Of a stretch of DNA of 64,000 bases, positions 28,299-39,397 are shown in pieces. A program made the translations under genes and the position numbers. The stretch is from assembly GCA_964621445.1 (NCBI GenBank), contig CAZUNO010000012.1, positions 16,516 through 80,515 of the forward strand, given 5' to 3'. The notes beneath the pieces were generated by a model. The model was not told the origin of the DNA. It saw nothing but the letters and a program-made list of their open reading frames with translations, and did not search any database. Source of the DNA: Candidatus Hadarchaeota archaeon. GTDB lineage: Archaea; CAYQAE01; CAYVLA01. The first letter of the stretch is position 1; every line of letters begins with the position of its first letter.

Positions 28299-29183
28299 CT
28301 ATCGTTTTCCCAGCCATTTTTCCAGGAAACCTATGTCACCTGGATCGACACCTAACTTTTCGCTAACCACAAAAGGTGTTGGACAAGCATTTTCAACATT
28401 ATGTATATCGCTCCCCAGCACCAGCTTTCCTCCCGAATCTATGAATTCTTCCAGGAAGTAGATGTACCTTTCGGCAAATGATTGGTGATTCATTGCCAAT
28501 ATCCTGCCCCAGCTTGATTGGTTTATTTCCAAAGGCACATTACGACTATCGGAGACCGCTGCTAACCTTCTAACATCAATTCCAAGAAGCTCCTGTACAT
28601 CGCTTAGAGGATCGCCAATGGACATAAGAGGGGGGAACGGGTCCTGCTTTGGCATCTTAGGCCCAACGCCGGTCTTGCCCAGCATATCATTGATCAATGC
28701 CCTTAGAGGATGGGCCAAGAATCCCGGAACACCGTACTCCTCCCTTACCTCCGAGATGACTTCCATTCCCCGAATGAGGTAATCTCCTAGCTCGACTCCA
28801 TTATCCGGTCTACTTGGTTCTCCTATTATGAAGTCCACCTCGGCCTCCTCCATGGCCGATCTACCGGTTTCCGATTCGAAATGAGCTAGCCCGATTTCGG
28901 GGGAGAAAAGAATGATCGCGCCCGGGAAATGATCCTTTTCCTCTCTTACTTCCTTGGCGAATATCCTATATCCACCGAGGGTCCCGGGGTAGTGATTCAG
29001 CCTTGCGCTAGCACCGAGGGTAAAACGCCCGAAATGATCCGTTACACCGATAATCCTGCGGCCACTGGCGACTGCAAAGGAAATGAAATCATGAAGCGAA
29101 CAGCCCTTGGGTCTTTCGGTACCAGCGTGAAAATGGAGGTCTATGTTGAAGAGCTCCAGGTTATCCCAGCTTGGGGGTTCCAT
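28299..29183 (-). CDS. PHP-domain-like metallohydrolase
   Basis: DLHFH, GVTDH, LAHP, LEIN, GSDIH. Confidence 0.75.
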   Translation of the reverse strand: MEPPSWDNLELFNIDLHFHAGTERPKGCSLHDFISFAVASGRRIIGVTDHFGRFTLGASARLNHYPGTLGGYRIFAKEVREEKDHFPGAIILFSPEIGLAHFESETGRSAMEEAEVDFIIGEPSRPDNGVELGDYLIRGMEVISEVREEYGVPGFLAHPLRALINDMLGKTGVGPKMPKQDPFPPLMSIGDPLSDVQELLGIDVRRLAAVSDSRNVPLEINQSSWGRILAMNHQSFAERYIYFLEEFIDSGGKLVLGSDIHNVENACPTPFVVSEKLGVDPGDIGFLEKWLGKR

Positions 29184-29372
29184 ATTCAGATTCTATAAGA
29201 CGATCTCTATAACTTTAAGCTTCCTGGAATCCGCTGGATGGGAGAAAATCCCCAATTTTCACTGGCTCCATGCTTAACTCCCTGGAAGCTGGCCTACTTC
29301 GACGCCCAGATGAACTCATCGTCCTCCTGGCTCAGTTTTAAGTTCTGGTAATTAATGTACTAATCGGTAAAA

Positions 29373-30080
29373 ATGGTCAGCCCTGCAAAAGTATTTCGCA
29401 TTCGTGAAGATATTGATACTGAATCCATAGCCGATATCCTCGATCAATTCCGGGAGGAGGAGTCCGTATTGACCGAGCAGGATGAGGAAACCAAGCTGGT
29501 GACCGAGGTCCTTGACCTAGACCTGGAAGAAGGCGTCCTCAGCGGGGTTTTCAGCAAGGATTTTCTCAAGACCGAGCGCTACAGGAGGAAGGTGATCGAA
29601 ACTCCGGTGACCGAAGAGGCTCCCTTCTGGATACGGGAATCCGAAGGACAAGCGTATCTTGTCGTCTTCGCGCCATCGGTGGCCCGCGGTGTGAAAAAGC
29701 TACTCACCAGTCACGTCGCCCGTGAACTCGCGGGTATTCTTTTCATGGAAAGAGGTTCAATCGTCGAAACCAAGATATCCCATGAAACCCTAAAGGAAGT
29801 CCATGAATCCAACCCCAGGGCCACCAAACTTATCTGGTTCGATAATATCGATTTTCCGGATGTAGGAAAGCTCTGCCTTTCGGGTTCCTCCATTGCAGAT
29901 ACCGATCTTTACAACCAATACCTGGATCACGGGAAGATATGGTATGCGGTATTTGAAGTCGAGCAATACGGAATGGTAATTGGGCTAACTCGAAGCTGCG
30001 TGGTGACGCTGTTCAGCAAGGCAACGCCGGAGGAATTTTCTCAATACATACTCAACGAGATACTACCGCTGACGGAGTAG
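29373..30080 (+). CDS. hypothetical protein
   Basis: 235-aa ORF with protein-like composition; no family recognised. Confidence 0.75.
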   Translation: MVSPAKVFRIREDIDTESIADILDQFREEESVLTEQDEETKLVTEVLDLDLEEGVLSGVFSKDFLKTERYRRKVIETPVTEEAPFWIRESEGQAYLVVFAPSVARGVKKLLTSHVARELAGILFMERGSIVETKISHETLKEVHESNPRATKLIWFDNIDFPDVGKLCLSGSSIADTDLYNQYLDHGKIWYAVFEVEQYGMVIGLTRSCVVTLFSKATPEEFSQYILNEILPLTE

Positions 30081-30142
30081 ATTCCTCCTAAATATCCCTG
30101 TGTCACAATTTTAAACATCAAATATCGTCTATCAACGGTTGG

Positions 30143-31507
30143 GTGCTGGCATTGAAAGAATTCCGCGACCAAAGTAAGTTTGCAGATAATATCATCAAGG
30201 AGGCCCGGAAGGAGATAGACCTCGAGACCCGGATTCCCAAAAAAGAGTACCAGCAGAGGTGGAGTTCCGTACAGAGGGCCATGGAAGATAATGAAATTGA
30301 CCTCATCTACGCCTGCGGAAGCGAGCTTGACCGTTCCGATACGGCCTGGCTGGCCGGAATATTCGACCCAATCATCGAGAGATACGGCGTTCTACTTCCC
30401 ATTGACGGGAAACCCGTAATCCTCGCCGGTTCGGAAGGAGGACACGTGCTGGAAGAGGCCGCGGATAGGTCAGGGGCAGATATCTTCCTCCTACGCGAAT
30501 TTCAGATCTCGGATGAGGAATATCGTCACGCGGATTTCACATCTTTGGACCAGGTATTGAAATCGATTGGAATGACGGACCCCAAGATGGTGGCCATAGT
30601 ATCCAGCCCGGAATTCCTACCCCTCTCCCAGTATCGGCTTTTGAGAAAAAAATTTGGCGATGCGGTTTGCTTTAACCCGCTTCTGAAGCAATTGAAGTAT
30701 GAGAAATCTCATGCTGAACTCAGGGTCTGCGAACAGGCGAACATTATTGCAGATGCTGGCATGAGGGCCATGCTTGCCTCCCTTCGCCCTGGAATGACTG
30801 AGCTGCAGCTGGCCGGAATCGGAGATTACGTAATGAAGGAGCTTGGAGCCGGACGTACGGGGTTTCCAACAATAATCACCTCCGGGGAAAGGAATTACAC
30901 GGTAATAGGGCCGGCTACCAATAAGGTGATAAAGGACGGGGAAATGGTATCTCTCGGTCTTAGCCCAACCTTCAATGGTTACCACGGAGTTGTTAGACGT
31001 ACGGTTAAGGTTGGCGAATTAACCAGGAAACAGAGGGAATTCATGACCAGCGTTGAGGACCTCTATCGTGTAGTGATGGAAGCCACAATTGAAGCCGCCG
31101 AACATGATCTGCCCTCAAACCACATAGATAGGGCAGGGAAAGAGTTTCTGGACCGCCTGGAGCTAAAGACGATTGCAGGCTCTCTGGACACTCCACCGGA
31201 ACCCTATACCTTCCTCCATAATACGGGGTGCTCCGAGTGTCAAGAGGGATTCGGAGCGGTAACTCCACACACAGATCACCCCCTTGGCCAGAATGTTGCC
31301 CTAATGATTGACATCGCATTACTCGGATTCGAGGAAAGAGGTAAACCGATATTCGAAGTACTCTATGGAGTGATCGAGGACGCACTCTGGAAAATGGACA
31401 GCAGGGTCGGTGTATATAACAAGCTTCCACTTGACGTGCAGGAACTGGTGGGTAGCGAGGCTGAATTTGAGAGAAATCCATACCACTGCCCACTACCTAG
31501 AGGCTAA
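30143..31507 (+). CDS. M24 (Xaa-Pro aminopeptidase/creatinase-like) family protein
   Basis: EYQQRWSSVQRAM N-domain, KSHAEL, LRPGMTE, PTFNGYHG; canonical metal ligands look divergent. Confidence 0.8.
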   Translation: MLALKEFRDQSKFADNIIKEARKEIDLETRIPKKEYQQRWSSVQRAMEDNEIDLIYACGSELDRSDTAWLAGIFDPIIERYGVLLPIDGKPVILAGSEGGHVLEEAADRSGADIFLLREFQISDEEYRHADFTSLDQVLKSIGMTDPKMVAIVSSPEFLPLSQYRLLRKKFGDAVCFNPLLKQLKYEKSHAELRVCEQANIIADAGMRAMLASLRPGMTELQLAGIGDYVMKELGAGRTGFPTIITSGERNYTVIGPATNKVIKDGEMVSLGLSPTFNGYHGVVRRTVKVGELTRKQREFMTSVEDLYRVVMEATIEAAEHDLPSNHIDRAGKEFLDRLELKTIAGSLDTPPEPYTFLHNTGCSECQEGFGAVTPHTDHPLGQNVALMIDIALLGFEERGKPIFEVLYGVIEDALWKMDSRVGVYNKLPLDVQELVGSEAEFERNPYHCPLPRG

Positions 31508-32274
31508 TCAAGGCGATAGGCGGTCGGTCGTCTGTCCTCAAGGATATCGTTAAGGCCAGTCACCTTCTTGTCCCGGGCGGAAGAGGTATCAACCTTCACC
31601 ACCGATTTCTCAATGCAAGAATTACCGGCCCTTGATAGAACGTTTCCTTTAGGTGAAACAATCAGGGACCCGCCCACGAAATCCAGGCCTCTCTCACTCC
31701 CTACCCTGCTGGCCGTAACGATAAAAACGTGGTTTTCAATGGCCCTGACAAGGGCTGCTGTGGGCCAGAATGGCAGAACCAGGTTGGCAGGGTGAGCGAT
31801 GATTTCGGCTCCCTTTAACATTAGGGTCCTGCAGGATTCAGGGAAGAACCAGTCGAAACACACCATCATTCCGATTTTAGCCCCCCTCCATGAATGTACG
31901 TCGAAGCTGGATCCAGGGCTGAAGATCTTCTTCTCCCTGTCAAATAGGTGGACCTTCCTGTGTACCTTAATCCCCTCAGGAGTTATGAGGGCTGATGAGT
32001 TATAGAATTTCTCCGACGCCCGCTCCGCGAAACCTGCCACGATGGCCCTGTCCTTTTGGCTGCTAATTTCCTGGAGGGCGGCCAGGGTTCTTCCATCCGG
32101 GACCTCCTCTGCTAGATCTACCAATTCCGTCCTGCTCAGCGAGTAGCCAGTGTTGAATAGCTCCGGTAAGACGATTAGATCCGCATGGATATCCCCGATA
32201 ATGTCCAGTACTTCATCGATATTTCTCCCCACCTCTCCCAGTACTGGTCTTGTTTGAACATATCCTATTCTCAT
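31504..32274 (-). CDS. carbon-nitrogen hydrolase (nitrilase family)
   Basis: LPELFNTGY, HRKVHLF, VCFDWFFPE (E-K-C triad). Confidence 0.92.
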   Translation of the reverse strand: MRIGYVQTRPVLGEVGRNIDEVLDIIGDIHADLIVLPELFNTGYSLSRTELVDLAEEVPDGRTLAALQEISSQKDRAIVAGFAERASEKFYNSSALITPEGIKVHRKVHLFDREKKIFSPGSSFDVHSWRGAKIGMMVCFDWFFPESCRTLMLKGAEIIAHPANLVLPFWPTAALVRAIENHVFIVTASRVGSERGLDFVGGSLIVSPKGNVLSRAGNSCIEKSVVKVDTSSARDKKVTGLNDILEDRRPTAYRLD

Positions 32275-32323
32275 CGGTTATCATCCCTTGACATGGTTCC
32301 ATATCCCACCAAAATTGGTTTAT

Positions 32324-33442
32324 TCATGAACGGGTTGATCGGCTTTTCACGTTTACTCCTGCCTTTCTGGCCAGATAGGTCCGATATATGCAGAAATTTC
32401 TCCAGGAAACATCCGGTGGCAACCAGTGATCGGCATGTGGTATGTAACCGCCGGTTTCCACCACCGGCCAAATCCTATCAACCTCTCTCTTGATCTCCTT
32501 CTTTCCCCTGGCCAGGGCCCTTTTATCTATGCCACCGAACATCACCAGCGAGGGATACCTGGCCCTGAGATCCTTTACATCCATTCCTGCCTGGACCTCC
32601 AGAGGCCATACGCCCTTCACGCCTGCTTCCAACCATAGGGGTATTAACTGGTTTACATCACCGTCGCTGTCGACGCAGATCAGGTCCACACCCCTAGAAC
32701 GAAGGAAATTGCAGACCTCCCTATACCTGGGAACCATGAACTCCCTGAACATCGAGGGCGATATCAAAGGGCCATTCCTATAAGCCATGTCCTCCCAAAA
32801 ACCAAAAGCATCCAGTTGCACCGATTTCAGTACCTTTCCCAATATGGCCAACAGGACCTCAACCCTTTGATCCATCATGGCCTCCACAAAATCCGGTGTT
32901 TCGTGAAATGCCCGGCAAAGCCCCTTTAGGCCCAGTAGATTCCTGAGAGGACCGAAGAAACCGCCCCATCTGTTGGCAAAGCACATGAGAGGCGAGTCCC
33001 TCTGTTTCCATTTCTCAACCTTGCATTCCCAGTCACCCGGGAACCTTTCCTCCAGTTTGGGACACAGCCTGGTACTAGCCAGACGCCAGAAATCCTCCTC
33101 GTTTTCAACCGGGAATCTGACGAACTGGGGCATGCTTGAACGGGACCTGCGACCCTTGAACTCCCGACGCACCACCCCGTCAGCATCAACATAGGTACGG
33201 GTTTTGGGATTTTCACTAATAGTCCGGGATTTAAATGGAGGGAATGGGCCGACCGGTATATCAATCCCAAGGATGGGATCCAGGTTGAAGATATCTCCAA
33301 CCGGCGCGCCATTCCATCCCTCTCTTCGCCACCTTTCCTCCGTCTCAGGCCACATGCCCTCAAAGGACAGGAAGGGTCGGTCAGGGTCCCCGAAGTGAGT
33401 TACTGCAAGATACCTCTCCCTGGGATTCATCAACGGGTCCAT
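32324..33442 (-). CDS. uroporphyrinogen decarboxylase-like family protein
   Basis: WEDMAYRNGPLISP, DSDGD, PLEVQAGMD, GGIDKR, GGYIPHADH. Confidence 0.88.
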   Translation of the reverse strand: MDPLMNPRERYLAVTHFGDPDRPFLSFEGMWPETEERWRREGWNGAPVGDIFNLDPILGIDIPVGPFPPFKSRTISENPKTRTYVDADGVVRREFKGRRSRSSMPQFVRFPVENEEDFWRLASTRLCPKLEERFPGDWECKVEKWKQRDSPLMCFANRWGGFFGPLRNLLGLKGLCRAFHETPDFVEAMMDQRVEVLLAILGKVLKSVQLDAFGFWEDMAYRNGPLISPSMFREFMVPRYREVCNFLRSRGVDLICVDSDGDVNQLIPLWLEAGVKGVWPLEVQAGMDVKDLRARYPSLVMFGGIDKRALARGKKEIKREVDRIWPVVETGGYIPHADHWLPPDVSWRNFCIYRTYLARKAGVNVKSRSTRS

Positions 33443-33484
33443 CCTTCCTCTCGGTAATAACTGTTGATTTTGGCAAATTCCTGC

Positions 33485-35158
33485 CTATCTCCTTACGGGG
33501 AGGGAAAGATAACTACCCATTTTTCTATCGTGGTAAACAAGATTTTGGGAGGGAAGTAAATTTGGGTAGAAGGCCGGGAAATCACTGTTAGCAATATCCA
33601 ATCTAAGTCCAACATCGCTTGATATCGCCTTCCAAACCGGCATCAACTCTATTCTGAATTCGTAGATCTCCCCTGGGACCAGTGGCTCAGGATCCCTATG
33701 GGATCGCCGGTGGGAGCCCCGAAGTCTTCCCGTGGTCAAGAGTATTGATTCGCCGGCCGGTCTAACCTCGGTCAGTTTGGCTATCCAGTCAACATCCTCT
33801 CGATCGCTGGATGAGAATAGGTGAACAACCGGTGATCCGGCTATTTCGATCTTACCGGGCTTTTTAGCTGAGGTATACACCAACATCCTCTCTTCCGCCC
33901 TTCGGATATCTGAATTTCTACCCGAAACGGTCGGAACCGGATTCTCAGGGTCGTGCTTGATATGGTCCGGTGGGTGGTCCCCCGCCGGATTCTGCTCAAG
34001 GGTTCCCCGGGTTTCTCCTGGTCCCATTTCTCCCTCGGACTGCAGATAATACCTCTTCTCGAGGGTATCGGGGGGCCAGGATTCCTGAAACCTCCACTCA
34101 TCCTTGCCCAGTACGAAGATCCTCACCGGTGGTTCTTCCATTACCCCATTATCCTTTCCCTTCAACCAGTGATCGAACCACCGGAGTTGGACGTTTCTGA
34201 GATCAAATCCCTCACGACCGCCATGAAGCCAGGGCCCTATTAGCATCTTCTTTGGTGCTTTGATCTCCATGAAGCTCCTCAACGTTCCCCTTATGAAATA
34301 ATCAAACCAACCCCCAAGACAGTAGATAGGGACATCTATCTCCCCGAACAGGTTCCCCGGGGATTTTCCGTACCAGAAAGGACTATCGGTATCGTTCTCC
34401 ACGATCTGCTCAAGGAACTGGCCTCCATAGATCCCCTTTCCACCCAATGCATGTTCGGCCACTCGTCTCGCTCTCGCAAAGTGAACCTTTTCCCTCATAC
34501 CCTCCAAACTTTCATACTCCTGGTCCCGATGAATACCTGGGACCTTTGGAGCAACTATGTGAGCAAGATGGCTTATGGACCATCTCAGCATCAACATGTT
34601 CATTATCCCCCCGGGATAGGCCGCCTCATTGTACATGTTCGCCCCCGCAAAACTGGTGAACATGGCCTTTAACCCCGGCGGGTGCTCGGCGGCCAGGAAA
34701 AACTGGTCCATGCCCAGGTAGGAACCTCCCATGGTGCCAATGTTGCCGTCGCACCATGACTGCTCCCCTATCCAGGACACGGTGTCGAATCCATCGGGCC
34801 CATCCTGATCGAGAAAGCTAAACTCCCCTTCAGAAATCCCGGTTCCCCTAACCTCTGCCTCAACAACCGCGTAACCTCTGGAAACGAATTCCCTGTGACA
34901 TTCCTTATCCCGCCTTTGGGGAGGGTCATTTACGTTATGATAGGGCGTTCTTATCAAAATGGTGGGAAATGGCTCATCCACGTCCGGACGAAAGACCTCA
35001 AGGTAGAGCTTTACCCCATCCCGCATGGGTATGTAGGTCCTTTCAACCTCTCCAGGGTCGTAGAGCCTTATTCCCCAGGCCGGATCCAGTTTCTTTGAGG
35101 ACAAGATCGTATTCTCCGCTGCAGTCATTGGTGAAAATGGGATATATTGTTTTCGCAA
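33485..35158 (-). CDS. CocE/NonD family hydrolase
   Basis: MRDGVKL, IRTPY, RGTGISEG, GGSYLG, GGWFD, GPWLH. Confidence 0.92.
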   Translation of the reverse strand: MRKQYIPFSPMTAAENTILSSKKLDPAWGIRLYDPGEVERTYIPMRDGVKLYLEVFRPDVDEPFPTILIRTPYHNVNDPPQRRDKECHREFVSRGYAVVEAEVRGTGISEGEFSFLDQDGPDGFDTVSWIGEQSWCDGNIGTMGGSYLGMDQFFLAAEHPPGLKAMFTSFAGANMYNEAAYPGGIMNMLMLRWSISHLAHIVAPKVPGIHRDQEYESLEGMREKVHFARARRVAEHALGGKGIYGGQFLEQIVENDTDSPFWYGKSPGNLFGEIDVPIYCLGGWFDYFIRGTLRSFMEIKAPKKMLIGPWLHGGREGFDLRNVQLRWFDHWLKGKDNGVMEEPPVRIFVLGKDEWRFQESWPPDTLEKRYYLQSEGEMGPGETRGTLEQNPAGDHPPDHIKHDPENPVPTVSGRNSDIRRAEERMLVYTSAKKPGKIEIAGSPVVHLFSSSDREDVDWIAKLTEVRPAGESILLTTGRLRGSHRRSHRDPEPLVPGEIYEFRIELMPVWKAISSDVGLRLDIANSDFPAFYPNLLPSQNLVYHDRKMGSYLSLPVRR

Positions 35159-35214
35159 CCGGGGTTCCGCCGTAAAAAAGTGTTATACCACATGTATGGA
35201 TAATTCCTAAGGCC

Positions 35215-36438
35215 ATGAGAATTCACCTGGTCATCATAATACTCATGTTTTTAATGCCCGCAGTTTCCCCAATGGAGGAAAAGGTCGATCCCCGGACGGG
35301 GAGAATCCGCCTGCTCTACATTGGATCCTCTTACTGGGGCACCAGACCGGGCCTCATATTCCTTTCGGACCCCAAGTTCCGCCCAACCTTGATTCCTGCC
35401 ATCACCGTCTGGTCCACTGGCAGGCAAACATTCGGAGATCCTGAACAGGATATCGCCAGGAGCATGAGGATATATTTCCCGAGAACATATGAAGATCTGA
35501 TAGCCAAGTATGATTTCATCCAGCTATCAGGCTGCAACGAGAACGTAATCAGCGGCAGATGGCAGCGGGATTTCACACGGGCAACGAGGGAGGAGGGCCT
35601 CGGATTTGCCATGACCGATGGGTATCGAGGCTTCGGTGGCGGTCCCCAGGCCCATTCAACCTGGGAGGGGAGTTATCTTGACGCAGCACTGCTCCCCGTG
35701 AACTCACTCACCAAACAATTCGTAATAGGGCCCATGTGGGCTAGGGTCCTTGAACCAGACAATGACCTCATGAAATCGCTGCCTCTAGAAAGTGCCCCTC
35801 CTCTTATGGAAATAAACGAGGTCACAATGAAACAGGGTGCCACCTTGCTCATGGATATCGAGCCCCAGGCCAAACCCCTAATGGCATACTGGGACGTTGG
35901 AGAAGGAAGATGCCTTGCCTGGACATGTGATCTTCACGGAGCACCTAGGGGGTCGGGCATCTGGCAAAGGGAATGGAACTACTGGATTGATTTCGTACTC
36001 AACCTTGATTACTTCGTGGCGGGTATTGAATGCCCCAAGGACCCCATGATGATGCACGCCATAAGGGAAGGATTCTGATCGTACTCGGAGAGGCTTGCCC
36101 TCATAAACGATCTAATATCATTCATACAAAGATTCGGGGCCAGCACCGGGAAGATTGACCAGCACTTGGATATCTTGAAGTCCCTGAAGAGAGATATCGA
36201 TGAGTCGTATCTGGATCAAAAGTACCAGGAAACCCTGTCTAAAATGAGGAACCTGGAAAGGGAATTCGAGTCGGCTCAGGAAACGGCCATGGAGATTAAG
36301 GATAATGCACTTCTCTGGGTCTACACGGTCGAATATTTGACGGTTCTGGGAACCATCCTGGCATCTGGTGCCGTTTTGTGGTCCGTCCTTGTGAAAAGAT
36401 CCCTTTACAGGGAGGTGAAGACCACCCGTGAGAAATGA
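35215..36438 (+). pseudogene. secreted, membrane-anchored GATase1-like domain protein interrupted by an in-frame TGA (36076-36078)
   Basis: ORFs 35215-36078 and 36166-36438 share a frame with no other stop between them; signal peptide, GGFGG-like and GEGR motifs, C-terminal TM helix plus basic tail. Confidence 0.65.
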
Positions 36439-36449
36439 TTACGTCGACA

Positions 36450-37137
36450 TCATCTCCATACCAGCCTCAGCCCCTCGATACCAAGGGGAACTCCAACATA
36501 CTCATCGGTCCAACCATGGTAATCCCTAAAACTCCGTGGATTCACCCCTGTGAACTCGTCCGCCTCCCAGTGTCTGGGACCTAGGAGGTTTCGGAGGCTG
36601 TTAGTGAGCTTTATTTTGATTTCATTCATGCCCACCTTGAGTTCATCCTCAACGCAAATCCGATATTCCCGCCAGAAAACGTTCCCTACCTTCTTTTCGT
36701 TGACTATAAATTGGGCTACGGTACCCCCGAGCTGTTCAAACTCAAGGTAGGGCCTCCCGGGCCTCCGCTTCTCGATCCTTATTTCCGTTTCCAGTACAAT
36801 TGTCCCGGCGAAGAAGGGATATCCATGAGTTCTAAGGTCTGATATATCAGGGCACTCGGACTCCTCCTCCGTGAGAAGAGGGCACTTTCCGTCTATCCTA
36901 ACCGCAAAATCACCAAGAATATAGGCATCCTCGATACTGAGATCCTCTTCCTTTCTCCCCCTGATTATGACACGATTACGCCCCTTTACCAGGCATCCAT
37001 CCGCCGAAATCCGTCTGAATGCCGGATCAAGCCACCATGAATTCTCCTGGGGTTCAACCTTTCTCTCGTTGATGTAAAGGTCAAACCTCTGGGCATCTTC
37101 AATAACCACGGAAACGGAATATGACGAATCATTACGG
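36450..37137 (-). pseudogene. 3' fragment of the split glycoside hydrolase gene
   Basis: YILGDFAV, GYPFFAG, TNSLRNLLGPRH; continues the frame of 45232-47390 across the direct repeat. Confidence 0.85.
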
Positions 37138-37147
37138 AACTCGTATT
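37138..37147 (+). repeat. left att core (direct repeat)
   Basis: AACTCGTATT, identical to 45232-45241. Confidence 0.9.
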
Positions 37148-37350
37148 ATGTCACGTGTTAGTGTTGCTTTTGTTCCAATATTAATCTAATCGAGATGATA
37201 GCTTGATATATTTAAAATTTTTTATAAAAAAAATCCATTAAAATTGTGACAATAATTATATTTATTAGGATTCAAAGAAAAAGATATTGGAATCGAGATC
37301 TAAAAAAAAATGAGATTTGTTTGAAGTTGAAATCTAAAAACAAGATAGAC

Positions 37351-38226
37351 TTGAAGCTGGCACGGTTTAGAGAAAGGATATCTGGCCGGAAGTGGAACCC
37401 ACTGACCGTGAGGCAGTACGTGGTGTGGGCCAGGAGGCTTGAGGCCTGGGCCAAGCTCCATAACCAAGAACCGGAAAGCTTCCCGGGCTTGATGTTCGAC
37501 TTCGACACCTATCTCGCCAACCTCCCCCGGAACCCGCCCTGGGGGTCCACCAAGAAGAAGGGCGACAGCTATGCGTATCGGTCCCGGGTCCAGGCTCTCT
37601 CCGCAGCCAAGCTCTACCTACAGCTCATGTACGGGGCCCGCCTGGAGCGGGACGTGGACCAGTTCGTATCCGGGCAGCAACCCCAGTTCAAGCCGGAGTG
37701 GTACACCAGGGAGGAGGCACACAAGATCTTCAGAGACACCGCCAACTGTAGCTACCCCTCCTGCCGGGCCATGACCAGGCTGGGGTACGACTGCATCCTG
37801 CGGTGCGCCGAACTGGTAAAGGTACAGAAAAACGACATAGACATGAACCGAAAAACCCTGGAGGTCAGGGCGGTCAAGCACTCCATCCCCAGAGAGGTAG
37901 GGTTCACCGAGAAGACCAAGGCCCTGCTGGAGCCGGTTATGGAGAGGCGAAAGACTGGGCACCTGTTCCTGACCTACGAGACCGAGGACAGGCCGGGCGT
38001 CAAGCCCTTCCAGCCGCAGTCATGGAGCAGGCACTTCAGGAGAGAGCACAACGCCAAGTTCCACAAGCTGTGCCGGCATTCGAGCATTATCCACAAGCTG
38101 CAGGAGGGATGGAGGTTCGGCGATGTCTACCTCCAGGCCAGGCACAGGCACCCCTCCATGACCGCCAAGTACGCGGAGTACGCAGCGGTAGAGGTCCCGG
38201 AATGGGCTCAGGAGACCCCTTTCTGA
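37351..38226 (+). CDS. tyrosine recombinase/integrase, apparently intact
   Basis: ILRCAEL (R), AVKHS (K), FHKLCRHS (H..R), ARHRHPSMTAKY (H, Y); start uncertain (ORF open from 37246); visibly GC-richer than its flanks. Confidence 0.88.
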   Translation: MKLARFRERISGRKWNPLTVRQYVVWARRLEAWAKLHNQEPESFPGLMFDFDTYLANLPRNPPWGSTKKKGDSYAYRSRVQALSAAKLYLQLMYGARLERDVDQFVSGQQPQFKPEWYTREEAHKIFRDTANCSYPSCRAMTRLGYDCILRCAELVKVQKNDIDMNRKTLEVRAVKHSIPREVGFTEKTKALLEPVMERRKTGHLFLTYETEDRPGVKPFQPQSWSRHFRREHNAKFHKLCRHSSIIHKLQEGWRFGDVYLQARHRHPSMTAKYAEYAAVEVPEWAQETPF

Positions 38227-38982
38227 AGGCGGTAAGCCCTCGCCATTAGCGGTGAAGGAAAGGGGGAAGACAAAAACACAAAGCCTGAAAAAGGTGACCA
38301 GCCGCCAGTGAAGAGGAGAAAAAAACTTTCTGAATATTGAAATTATGATCATTTAACTTGGAAATGAGAAGCCCCCCAATCAGGGATCTTTATGATGAGA
38401 AAAAGGGTTGACCCAGCACCTATAGACAGCACAGGTATCTCCTATAAGAAACTGCCAAACCATCCCGATATCGATTAGGCAAATGAAAAACACTCAGTGC
38501 TACCGCTATCTACCGATTTCCTTACCACCGGGGAATGGAAGCAAGATTAAGATACTGCTCCCCCTAAACAAACTCCGGGGGGTTTTCTAGTTAACCTCTA
38601 ACCATAGAAGAAGCTTTCCCGATCCTCTTCCGCTGTGAACAGATTTCGTGAAACAATATAAGATTGGCTATACTTCTGACCTTCTAGACATGCACAAACG
38701 ATTCCTGCTCAACCTAGAAAAGGTACAAAATAGGCAGAGATAACGCTATTGCTAGGCGGGGCAAACAGTGAACACGTCAATCATTGCCGGGTATTGCCTG
38801 GGCAGGGCCCTAGTGTACTTCTTGATGGTCATCCATTTTCGGCCTTGGTCTGTATAGCATTAGATGGTTGGTGGACCCTATTATAAAGCATCCCAGTATG
38901 CATTTCGTTCCCGACCCCTTGACGGTAGTAAGAGACCACAAGATGGGGAGGAGACCTATTACCACACGTTTGGCTGGCGGAA

Positions 38983-39198
38983 CTAGATCCTCGATCTTTT
39001 TACTGCCAGCTTCACGTCTTCCCCCCGTACTGTCTTTCTTCCCGCGTGTTGAGCCATCTTTTTAGCCCTGACCGCGACCAGGGCTCCGTGCTTCTCGAGC
39101 AGCTGTGCCAGGGCACGTGTGGCCGAGGCGCTGACACGCTGAGCATGAGCATTGTCTCTGATAATTCTCTCCACTGGGGCTAAAGGCAGTTCCCCCAC
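38983..39198 (-). CDS. archaeal histone (HMf family)
   Basis: (M)GELPLAPVERIIR..AQRVS...AQHAGRKTVRGEDVKLA; AGGTGA RBS before GTG 39198. Confidence 0.93.
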   Translation of the reverse strand: MGELPLAPVERIIRDNAHAQRVSASATRALAQLLEKHGALVAVRAKKMAQHAGRKTVRGEDVKLAVKRSRI

Positions 39199-39210
39199 AA
39201 CATTCACCTA

Positions 39211-39251
39211 CAGGGGCAGTTTCCCGGCCCCGTATTAAGGTGTTGCCCCTG
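39211..39251. promoter_or_regulatory. 8-bp inverted repeat bracketing the putative histone TATA box
   Basis: CAGGGGCA (39211-39218) and TGCCCCTG (39244-39251) around CTTAATA on the minus strand. Confidence 0.5.
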
Positions 39252-39397
39252 ACGGGAGTGCCCTGCCGATATGGTTTTCGACCGATCTCCGCCCGTGCAG
39301 GCGCGGGCCTTCACTCAGCTTGCGCCCGTTGAGCGAGTAGAAGCATTTTCAAGGGAGGGGGATAAGGCGGCATTGTCATTTATGGAAGGCAAGCCCC

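Noticed and set aside
38760-38860. Minus-strand peptide GRKWMTIKKYTRAL resembling an integrase N-terminus
   Set aside because: Too short and degenerate to support without a search.
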